Shown here: positions 17,880-25,707 of the stretch, piece after piece
Layout of the letters: the number at the start of each line of letters is the position of its first letter
How positions within the stretch are numbered: the first letter of the stretch is position 1
Source: Rhodovibrio salinarum DSM 9154
GTDB taxonomy: Bacteria; Pseudomonadota; Alphaproteobacteria; Kiloniellales; Rhodovibrionaceae
Assembly (NCBI RefSeq): GCF_000515255.1
Contig: NZ_KI911559.1
Location: 2,211,660 to 2,243,659 of the forward strand
Direction: 5' to 3'
Length of the DNA: 32,000 bases
The notes under the pieces: model-generated
Told to the model about the DNA's origin: nothing
Databases searched by the model: none
Seen by the model: the letters and a program-made list of their open reading frames with translations, nothing else
Made by a program: the position numbers and the translations under genes

Positions 17880-20243
17880 ATGTTGGAACGCGGCATGACT
17901 GAGCAGCCCGCTACGCTCCTGTCGGAACTCGCCCGGCGCTTGGCTCATGCGGCCGAGGTCCCGGAGGGTGAGGTGGAGCCCGCGGCCGTGCTGTGGCCGG
18001 ATTACGAGGCGCAGTGGCAGCCCGTGATCGCGGAATTGCGAGAGCACGTACCGTGGCTGTATCAGCTGGGCGATTACGATCGCGACGGCGTGGCCGAGAC
18101 CCTGACCGGACCGATAATATGGCTGAAGTGCGCGGTGGCGCGGGTGTTGAACGAGGTCTCGCCGCCCGCCGGGACGGTTCCGGTGATCTACCTGCCCGGG
18201 GTCAGCCGGGCGACGCTGCGTGACGCCGCGGGTTGCCCTCAGTGGCTTCAACCGATGGTCGAGCTGTGCTACCGCGGCAACGTCTGGCATCAGCGCAACG
18301 GACGCGACTGGACTGTCCAGGCCTTCCTGGAAGGCGAGCTGCGCCTTGATCTCGCGGGCGACAAGCGCACCCGCAAGGCGTTGACCACGCAGCTCGCCCG
18401 CGTGGCGCGTGAGCCGCTGACCACATTCGAGGGTCGCCGAGTCGACGGCGACCTGCTGCTTAGCCTCGACGTGCGCGATCCGGACGACGAGGTGCTGCGC
18501 TGGATGTGCGACCCCGACGGCTTCAGGAGGGCGTGCGACGGGGCCCATTGGAGCGCGCTGCGGGATCTTTGGCTGAAAGATTTCGCGTTCGATCCGGAGA
18601 CGGACGGGGTCGAGGGCGCCGCGGAGCAGTTGCTGTCACAGACATCCGGGCGGTGGCAGACGGTCTGGCAGCGGTTCTGCGGCAGCCCGAAACAGTACCC
18701 CCAGATGGCGAACGTCCTGAACATGCCGATCAAAGACCTGTTCCCCAACCAACGGAACCGCCATCCGGGCCTGAACGAGAAAGACGAAGGCCGGCTTCAA
18801 ACGGAGCTCGAAAACGCGGTCGACCTTGAGCATACAGACGCCTGTGAAAAGGTGATCGCCCTCCGCAAAGCGCACGCCGAGCGGATGGACGCGCCATGGA
18901 TCGAATTGGGCGAGAGCCCATTGGCCGACGCATTGGAGCCCCTTGGCCGTCTTGCCGAGGGCGCCCGCCAGCGGGTTGGCGGCACCACACTGGCGGCAAT
19001 CGCTGACGCCTACGCGGAAACGCACTGGCAGTGCGATCGCGCGGCGCGAGATGCGCTTTCCAAGGCGCAGGCGCAGCCCGGTAGAGTCACTGGTCGGGTT
19101 ATCGCCCGCGTCGTCCAGGCCCTCTACCGGCCGTGGCTCGACCAGTCGGCGCGTGCCATGCAAGCCCTGCTAGACGGTGGGGCGCATATGGTGGCAGCGC
19201 GGTCCGCCGGCGCTGAGCCGGAACCTGGCACCTGCGTGCTTTTCATCGACGGGCTTCGGTATGATGTCGGTGTGTTGCTGCAAGAGCGGCTGGCATCGGT
19301 GAACTTGCAGGCTTCTCTCGCGCACCGGCTGGCGCCCCTGCCTACAGTGACTGCAACAGCGAAGGCTGTGGCTGCGCCTATCACTCTCGACGGTCTGGGC
19401 GTGGGCGACGACGCGTCGAGCTTCAGTCCGCAGGTCTTGGCCGATGGGCGCCCTTTGGACCAGCATCAGCTACGCAAGCTTCTGACTCGGCAAGGCGTGA
19501 CCTTGGTGGATCGCGATGACCCAAAGGGACCCGAAGGCGCTGGCCGGGTTGGCTGGTGCGAGACCGGGAAACTCGACAGCCTGGGCCACAGCCTCGGCGC
19601 GAGCCTGGTTCGGGAGATTCCAAATAGCGTAGACGAGGCTGTTGGTCTCGTGCAGACCTTGCTGGAGGCCGGGTGGCGAAAGGTGCGGATCGTCACCGAC
19701 CACGGCTGGCTGCTGGTTCCGGAGTCCTTGCAGAAAGTGGATCTCCCGAAGTCGACAGTTGACGACAAATGGGCACGCTGCGCCGCCGTCAAGCCGGGCG
19801 CCCAGCCGGGTGCGACGGTTTATCCGTGGTACTGGGACCCGCACACCAAGATCGCGAGCCCGCCCGGCGCTGGATCGTACTACGGCGGCGTTGCGTACGC
19901 CCACGGCGGCATAAGTCTGCAGGAGTGTGTCGTGCCTGAACTGGAGGTGTCGGCGGGCGAAGTAGCCGTCACAGTCAAGATCGCAAGCCACACCTGGCAA
20001 AATCTACGTTTCCGGGCACAGGTCGAGACGACCGCGTCCAGGCTGAAGGTGGACGTACGCCGCAAGCGGACCGCTCCCGAGACCAGCTTCGTGCAGACCG
20101 TCAAACCGCTCCGGGATAATGGCGAGGCCAGCCTGGTGGTCGCAGACGAGGAAGCGCTTGGCGAAGCAGCCTTTATTGTCGTCCTCGATCCTGACGGTCG
20201 GGTTGTTGCGTCCGAGCAGACCACGATCGGGGGAGACGCATGA
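17880..20243 (+). CDS. pglZ: BREX alkaline-phosphatase-superfamily protein PglZ
   Basis: A 787-aa protein with a PglZ-domain-like core: CVLFIDGLRYDVG, TATAKAV, GKLDSLGH and RIVTDHGWLL. Its stop overlaps the brxL start (ATGA at 20240-20243). An alternative start is the ATG at 17895. Confidence 0.88.
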   Translation: MLERGMTEQPATLLSELARRLAHAAEVPEGEVEPAAVLWPDYEAQWQPVIAELREHVPWLYQLGDYDRDGVAETLTGPIIWLKCAVARVLNEVSPPAGTVPVIYLPGVSRATLRDAAGCPQWLQPMVELCYRGNVWHQRNGRDWTVQAFLEGELRLDLAGDKRTRKALTTQLARVAREPLTTFEGRRVDGDLLLSLDVRDPDDEVLRWMCDPDGFRRACDGAHWSALRDLWLKDFAFDPETDGVEGAAEQLLSQTSGRWQTVWQRFCGSPKQYPQMANVLNMPIKDLFPNQRNRHPGLNEKDEGRLQTELENAVDLEHTDACEKVIALRKAHAERMDAPWIELGESPLADALEPLGRLAEGARQRVGGTTLAAIADAYAETHWQCDRAARDALSKAQAQPGRVTGRVIARVVQALYRPWLDQSARAMQALLDGGAHMVAARSAGAEPEPGTCVLFIDGLRYDVGVLLQERLASVNLQASLAHRLAPLPTVTATAKAVAAPITLDGLGVGDDASSFSPQVLADGRPLDQHQLRKLLTRQGVTLVDRDDPKGPEGAGRVGWCETGKLDSLGHSLGASLVREIPNSVDEAVGLVQTLLEAGWRKVRIVTDHGWLLVPESLQKVDLPKSTVDDKWARCAAVKPGAQPGATVYPWYWDPHTKIASPPGAGSYYGGVAYAHGGISLQECVVPELEVSAGEVAVTVKIASHTWQNLRFRAQVETTASRLKVDVRRKRTAPETSFVQTVKPLRDNGEASLVVADEEALGEAAFIVVLDPDGRVVASEQTTIGGDA

Positions 20244-22303
20244 GCGCCGCACCAGAAACGAAGGAAATGGACCCGCTGGACAGGGCCGCCGCGGACGCCT
20301 TCGACGGGTTTCTGGTGCGCAAGGACCTCGTGCGCAGCTACGCCCAGCAGTACCCGGTGCCGGCCTATGTGGTGGAGTTCCTGCTTGGCCGTTACTGCGC
20401 CAGCGTGGATCCCGAAGAAATCGCCGAAGGCCTGGAAATCGTCGAGAAGCAGCTCAAGGACCGCACCGTCCGGACCGGCAACGAGGAGCTGTTCAAGGCG
20501 CTAGCGCGCGACCGCGGGTCGGTGAAAATCATCGACGTGGTCAAGGCGCGGCTGGACGCCAAGAACGACTGTTACGTGGCCGAGCTTCCGAGCTTGAAAT
20601 TGCGCGAAGTTCGAATCGACGACGAGACGGTCCAGGACAACGAGCGTATCCTCACCGACGGCTTCTACGCCGAGGTGACGCTGTCCTACGACGCTGTCGT
20701 GGCGAAGCAGGCAAACGGGCGCCCGTTCGGGATTGACGCGTTACGCCCAATCCAGATGTCCAAGTCGGATGCGCTCAATGTGCTCGCGCGGGGCCGGCGT
20801 GGTTTCACCACATCGCAATGGATCGACTTCCTGATCCGCTCCACCGGAATTGAACCGGACAGCCTTTCGGAGCGAGCAAAGATCGTCGCACTCCTGCGAA
20901 TGGTCCCGTTCGTCGAGCCCAACTACAACATGGTCGAGTTGGGGCCCCGCGGGACTGGCAAAAGTCACCTGTTCCAGCAGGTCTCGCCGTACGCCCATCT
21001 CATTTCTGGCGGCAAGGCGACCGTCGCTAAGATGTTCGTAAACAACAACAGCGGCGAACGTGGGCTTGTGTGCCGCCACGACGTGGTGTGCTTCGACGAG
21101 GTGGCCGGTATCTCCTTCGACCAGAAGGACGGTGTGAATATCCTGAAAGGCTACATGGCTTCCGGTCAGTTTAGCCGGGGCAAAGAGAACATTCGCGCGG
21201 ACGGCTGCATCGTTATGGTCGGCAACCTCGATCTGGACTTGGAGCAGCAGCAGCGGGTTGGCCATTTGCTCCAGCCTTTGCCGCCCGAGATGCGCCACGA
21301 CACGGCTTTCATGGATCGCATCCATGCTTACGTGCCTGGATGGGATTTTCCCAAGCTGAACCCGTCCGATAACCTGACCTATCACTTTGGCCTAGTGAGC
21401 GACTTCCTCAGCGAGTGCTGGTCGCGACTGCGGAGTGAGAACCGAACGACCGACTTTCAGCGTGCGCACCTGGGCGGCGCCCTGAGCGGCCGCGACATCG
21501 AGGGTGTCCGAAAAACCTTCAACGGACTCGCCAAGCTGCTCTATCCGGATCCCGAAATGGAAATGTCCGACGAGGATCTGGAGTGGGCGCTTCGGATAGC
21601 GCTGGAGTGCCGGCGCCGTGTGAAGGAGCAGCAGAAGCGTGTATTTAAGAGTGAGTTCCGGAACACGCACTTCAGTTACACGCTGGACTTAGACGGTGCC
21701 GAGAATTTCGTTGCGGTGCCTGAACTCTACAGCGACGAAGCGATCGAAGCAGATCCGCTTCCTCCGGGGCAGGTATGGGCTGTGGGCGCAGCCAGCGAGA
21801 CGGAGCCTGGCCTTTATCGGATCGAAGTCACCTGTGGTCCCGGAAGCGGGGTTAAAATACTTAACCAACCGACGCCCCCTGCATTGCGCGAGAGCGTGAA
21901 GGTAGGCGAGCAGAACCTTTATGCCCGCGCGCGCGAGGTCGTTGGGGACCGTAACCCCCGCGAACAGGAATTTTCAGTCCAGATGCGTGCGATGGATAAT
22001 GATCGGACAGGTGCTGGGCTCGGTCTGCCTGTTCTGGTCGCGCTCTGCGGGGCTCTGATTGGTAAGAACAGCCGTGGCGGTACGATCATCGTGGGGTCCC
22101 TGAATCTCGGTGGATCCATTGAAATGGTGCCAAATCCTGTTCGTATCGCCGAACTCGCTGTCGATCGTCAGGCAGATACACTTCTCATGCCGGTTAACGC
22201 GCGGAAGCAACTCATGGACCTGCCTGACGATCTATGGACACGCGTCAGGATTGAATTCTTCAAAGATGCACCGGATGCGGTATTCAAAGCCCTGGAGGCG
22301 TAG
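20240..22303 (+). CDS. brxL: BREX Lon-like protease/ATPase BrxL
   Basis: A 687-aa protein with Walker A in GPRGTGKSHLF and Walker B in VVCFDEV. The C-terminal Lon-protease-like domain contains GAGLGLPVLVALCGALIGK and GSLNLGGSI. It occupies the last position of the operon. Confidence 0.88.
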   Translation: MSAAPETKEMDPLDRAAADAFDGFLVRKDLVRSYAQQYPVPAYVVEFLLGRYCASVDPEEIAEGLEIVEKQLKDRTVRTGNEELFKALARDRGSVKIIDVVKARLDAKNDCYVAELPSLKLREVRIDDETVQDNERILTDGFYAEVTLSYDAVVAKQANGRPFGIDALRPIQMSKSDALNVLARGRRGFTTSQWIDFLIRSTGIEPDSLSERAKIVALLRMVPFVEPNYNMVELGPRGTGKSHLFQQVSPYAHLISGGKATVAKMFVNNNSGERGLVCRHDVVCFDEVAGISFDQKDGVNILKGYMASGQFSRGKENIRADGCIVMVGNLDLDLEQQQRVGHLLQPLPPEMRHDTAFMDRIHAYVPGWDFPKLNPSDNLTYHFGLVSDFLSECWSRLRSENRTTDFQRAHLGGALSGRDIEGVRKTFNGLAKLLYPDPEMEMSDEDLEWALRIALECRRRVKEQQKRVFKSEFRNTHFSYTLDLDGAENFVAVPELYSDEAIEADPLPPGQVWAVGAASETEPGLYRIEVTCGPGSGVKILNQPTPPALRESVKVGEQNLYARAREVVGDRNPREQEFSVQMRAMDNDRTGAGLGLPVLVALCGALIGKNSRGGTIIVGSLNLGGSIEMVPNPVRIAELAVDRQADTLLMPVNARKQLMDLPDDLWTRVRIEFFKDAPDAVFKALEA

Positions 22304-22414
22304 CTTTTATTCCAGTATAGTTTGAGCGAGAACCATGAAGTCGTAGGGCATTGTTAAAATACCAATCAACGGAACCATTCCGGCATCCGCAGGCCTCCGA
22401 ACCAAAGACCGCAC

Positions 22415-24217
22415 TCATCCTGAGTCCACATATTCCGTAGCAGCCTCCCCGGCTCCGGCCGCTTGGCCAAGGACGGTCTGGATACGCTCGCGAAGAGCAT
22501 CGCGGCGTTTTTCGAAGAAGTTATCGAACTCGGTCACGTCCGAAGGTAGGTCGACGAGGTCGTGCCGTGCGCAGTAGCCCTCGAACTGTCGCTCATCGGC
22601 GAAATGCGCCCGGGCCCACACTAACGGCGGTTTGGCCTGCTTCTCCTCGTTGATGTGCCCTTCGAGCAGCTGGAGGTTGGGTAGGCGGTTAACCCGGGCG
22701 CGAAGCTCCGGAATTTCCTCTTCGGAGATGCCGGCGCGTCGCAGGCGGGCAGGCGTGGCCAGCGCCCGCGGGAACACATGATCAATGTGGAACTGGTTCC
22801 GGAGATCGACGAACGGGTAGCACAGGGAGAGAAGCGCGAAGACTCGCCGATCCCCGTAATCCATGTCCAGAAGTTCCTCGATCTCATCCCGCTCGAAGCT
22901 CAGAGACTTGCCGCGCCTAGCCATCACAGTCCCAAGCTCTTGGGCGGGGAACGCATCGGTACCCTCGTTTGTTATCGTCGCCCGCAACGCGGTCAGCAAG
23001 GTATCCAGGCCACTTCCCCAGATCCCCGACGCCTTGAGCAACGAGCGCACCAGCCAGCCCCGGATGGCTTCTCGATCGTCGCGATACGCACTCTGGGTCA
23101 GGAAGCGCTCGTCTGCACCCTTGCGGTAGAGATAGTAGGCGATCGGCAGGATGGCGCTGTGCGCCCGGATGGTCTGGCCGTTGAAGCCGAAGCTCTCGAC
23201 GAGACGCACGGTCAAAAGCAGGGCGTCGCGGATGCCGTCCCAGGCTGCCTCCAGCTTCGCCATGTTGGCGTGGTTGAAGTTCTCGACTTTGAAGCCGACG
23301 CTACCGATGTCGGTCAGCATCAGCCCGGCCTTCAGGATGAGATCGTGGGTGAACGCGAACCGGTCGCCGATCTGGTTCATCTCATCGACGAGCGTATGAA
23401 TCTCGCGCCGGGCGTCCTTGTTTCGCCACTGGGCAACCGCGATGCTGAGCAGCAGGTCTGAGTACGACAGCGCCGTGCCACCACTGTTCATACGGATGAA
23501 TATGTTCAGGACCTTATCGAGGTCCTGGCTCGTCTCCTCGTAGTACGCGATCGATTTTTCGGTATGTATCACACGGTAAAGGCGGTCCAGAATGCGGTAG
23601 GCACGCCGAAGGTTCCGATCGCCAAGTCCCTGATCCTGCAAGGCCTCCATCATGGCCGGGCCGTCTGACATCTTCAGGATGCGGCTCACCGGAAACCACG
23701 CTTGGTTCTCCGGGTCACCTTCCTGGCGCGTCCGCGCCTCGTTGTCGGAGAGGAAGCGGAAGGCGTAGGCTTCCCCTTGTTCGCCTTCGCCCTCTTCAGC
23801 GAGCAGGTTCAGGTGCAGTTGACGCCGTGGGAACGCGTCGGGGTTTGTCCACCATCTCCGCGGCTCTTTCAGCGCGAGCGACCCGCGGAGCGCGATGTTG
23901 AGCGCCGTCATGCGCTGCTGACCATCCAGAACGGCCGTCAGCTGTTGATTCGGCAACAAGCCGAGCTCGGGGCAGTGCGGGTTGTCCCGTTCGTGATAGT
24001 CCCGGACGAAGTCGTAGAATTTGAACTCGTCGCTATTTTCTGGCTCTACTCGCCAGAACAAGAACGTACCAAATGGATAGCCCTGCATTATGCTATCGAA
24101 GAAACGGGAGATTTGCTCTGGTGACCACACAAACTCCCGCTGGATAGCTGGCAGGACGTACTTGTGTTTTTCGATGTGGTCGAGGACCTGGGCGATTGTT
24201 CCGCCAGTCTGATAAAT
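22415..24217 (-). CDS. GmrSD-family type IV restriction enzyme (DUF262 N-terminal, DUF1524/His-Me C-terminal), BrxU-like
   Basis: The DUF262 signature is YVLPAIQREFVWSPEQISRFFDSIMQGYPFG. The C-terminal nuclease motifs are FHIDHVFPRA and NLQLLEGHINEEK. The track ORF starts at the GTG at 24130, which cuts through the signature. The frame is open to the stop at 24233-24235, and the only start-like codon behind the SD (GAGGGAGAGAG) is the ATT at 24217-24215. Confidence 0.85.
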   Translation of the reverse strand: MYQTGGTIAQVLDHIEKHKYVLPAIQREFVWSPEQISRFFDSIMQGYPFGTFLFWRVEPENSDEFKFYDFVRDYHERDNPHCPELGLLPNQQLTAVLDGQQRMTALNIALRGSLALKEPRRWWTNPDAFPRRQLHLNLLAEEGEGEQGEAYAFRFLSDNEARTRQEGDPENQAWFPVSRILKMSDGPAMMEALQDQGLGDRNLRRAYRILDRLYRVIHTEKSIAYYEETSQDLDKVLNIFIRMNSGGTALSYSDLLLSIAVAQWRNKDARREIHTLVDEMNQIGDRFAFTHDLILKAGLMLTDIGSVGFKVENFNHANMAKLEAAWDGIRDALLLTVRLVESFGFNGQTIRAHSAILPIAYYLYRKGADERFLTQSAYRDDREAIRGWLVRSLLKASGIWGSGLDTLLTALRATITNEGTDAFPAQELGTVMARRGKSLSFERDEIEELLDMDYGDRRVFALLSLCYPFVDLRNQFHIDHVFPRALATPARLRRAGISEEEIPELRARVNRLPNLQLLEGHINEEKQAKPPLVWARAHFADERQFEGYCARHDLVDLPSDVTEFDNFFEKRRDALRERIQTVLGQAAGAGEAATEYVDSG

Positions 24218-24383
24218 GGTTCTCTCTCCCTCTTAGCTACGCGCGAAACGCGGCTCGCCGAGTGATCTGTCCAAGGCTTTACACCACAACCTTTACGACT
24301 CCTTCAAGCGGAGCGCACTCGTACACATCTCTGGGTATCGATGCCCATGCCGACCATTCCGTGTTAAAGTTCCGGAGTTTATA

Positions 24384-24419
24384 TCTCTCCCGTCTGACAG
24401 CCATTGCTGACGGGAGAGA
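24384..24419 (+). repeat. Perfect 11-bp inverted repeat overlapping the SD of the decayed regulator gene
   Basis: TCTCTCCCGTC (24384-24394) pairs with GACGGGAGAGA (24409-24419) across a 14-nt spacer. The right arm contains the GGAG that precedes the ATG at 24424. Confidence 0.6.
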
Positions 24420-24423
24420 GACG

Positions 24424-24853
24424 ATGGAGCGGCGAGATCAGGAGCCCGGCGGGCCCAACGCCAACTTCGACGCGGTGACGGCCACGCTTGCCGGCTGCCG
24501 GCAAGAGTTGAGCACGCGGCTGCGGGCCACGATGGCCGCCCGGGGAGGGACGCAGAAAGACCTCGTCGCGGCAATCTGGCTTGCGGAAGGACTTAATCAG
24601 CGTCGACGTGCGCGCCCGCCAGCTGTCGCGCATCCGACGGGATGGCGCGCCGGGTCGCCGCGTTTGGGATGGCCGAGACGGATCTGCTGCCGGGAATCGA
24701 TCGGCGCCGCGCTAGAGACGGGACACGAGACGAGTTCCGGCTTGAGAGCGTCGCGGGTGCCCCCGACCGGGTGCGGACTCATCTTCGCCGGGAACTGCGG
24801 ACCCGGTTGGCGCTGGACATCGCAGCCATGCTGACGGATGAGGCGACCTCGTG
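24424..24853 (+). pseudogene. Probable twice-frameshifted XRE-type HTH regulator remnant
   Basis: High-GC3 coding signal hops between frames. It runs in frame 1 over 24424-~24575 (…LRATMAARGGTQKDLVAAI). It runs in frame 2 over ~24598-24650 (SVDVRARQLSRIRRDG). It runs in frame 3 over 24642-24853 (MARRVAAFGMAETDLLPG…). Joined together these read like a helix-turn-helix core. Confidence 0.35.
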
Positions 24854-25214
24854 ACCAACAGAACTGGAAAAGTGACAAGGCCGGCCGTCGCCAGATTGAT
24901 GATTTCACCGGGAAGTTTCCGCGTTTCTAAATAGTTATCGCTTTTGTAATTCACCAGAACCACTCTATTACCACAAGTGACGTCATGTTTCTTCTGATCA
25001 AAGGGATCTGAGATTTGGCTGGTTGGGAAAAAACCCAGCTCCGTATATTTATGTCCGCCTATGCTTTTGGCGAATGAGCATGCTGGTGGCATAAGGCGGG
25101 CTGGCGGCCCATAGCGGTGCCAGGCAGGCCGGCCAGTGCCGGATCGATCGTTTCGGGCGCCGCCGGATGGTAACCCAGGGAGTTGTGCGACCGGCACCTG
25201 TTTTAGTGCTGACG

Positions 25215-25343
25215 TCAGCGTGCGATCAGGACCTCCGCTTCGATTAGGGTATAGAAGATTTCCCCGTTGAGCGGCTCGTCCCGTAGTATGTCGTTGAAGC
25301 CCTCGCAGAAGCCGTTCTGCCAAGGGGTGCCAGCCCAATTATT
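25215..25343 (-). pseudogene. C-terminal stub of an IS (rve/DDE integrase-core) transposase
   Basis: The minus-strand translation is WAGTPWQNGFCEGFNDILRDEPLNGEIFYTLIEAEVLIAR*. It matches the conserved P-W-Q/E-N-G-x-x-E-x-F-N…LRDE-LN…F block near the C-terminus of IS3-like transposases. No upstream catalytic part is present, and the stop comes before the usual W-x-x-x-YN-x-x-RPH tail. Confidence 0.6.
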
Positions 25344-25465
25344 TCGTGCCGACGTTGAGACGACGGAGCCACATCCGCACGGCTGTATGGGCTCCCGGTT
25401 GCGTACCTCAGGGCTGGTTCGCGTCGGGGCACGACGCGCGGCGTGTAAAACGTTACCTTGTGGCT

Positions 25466-25648
25466 ATGACCGATTCGTTCGACACCACACCCGGAGCCCG
25501 GGCCGGAACGCCTGGCCCGGACCGAACCGGCCCGCGATGCGCGATGTGCGCAAGCGATCGCGGCATCGTCGAGGTCCATGGCCATCTGCAGTGCATCGCC
25601 TGCGGTAACAATGTCGATCCATGCTGCGCCGGCGCGCCGCTCGCCTAG
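25466..25648 (+). CDS. Small zinc-ribbon protein (60 aa), hypothetical
   Basis: The product is MTDSFDTTPGARAGTPGPDRTGPRCAMCASDRGIVEVHGHLQCIACGNNVDPCCAGAPLA. It has CxxC-x14-CxxC spacing and high GC3 (about three quarters of codons by hand count). It ends 60 nt before the first gene of the SMC-like operon on the same strand. Confidence 0.45.
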   Translation: MTDSFDTTPGARAGTPGPDRTGPRCAMCASDRGIVEVHGHLQCIACGNNVDPCCAGAPLA

Positions 25649-25707
25649 CTCGCAGGCCTGTATCGGTAGCGGGCGCGGACGGATCGCCCCCACATCGCGG
25701 GTGTCGA

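Noticed and set aside
24978-25217. Two copies of the palindrome TGACGTCA (24978-24985 and 25210-25217, the second extended to GCTGACGTCAGC)
   Set aside because: An 8-mer occurring twice in debris is weak evidence for a binding site. No associated regulator is visible. It is noted only in the IS-stub finding.
24196-25338. 212-aa plus and 208-aa minus ORFs offered by the track as intact genes
   Set aside because: Their coding signal (GC3) holds over only part of each frame. They are better explained as composites of a frameshifted HTH relic, a low-GC fragment and an IS stub.
25621-25707. Upstream ATG at 25621 as the start of the JetA-like gene
   Set aside because: It adds an Arg/Ala-rich 29-aa extension (MLRRRAARLARRP…) that overlaps the zinc-ribbon ORF in another frame. 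The ATG at 25708 is preferred, although neither start has a strong SD.
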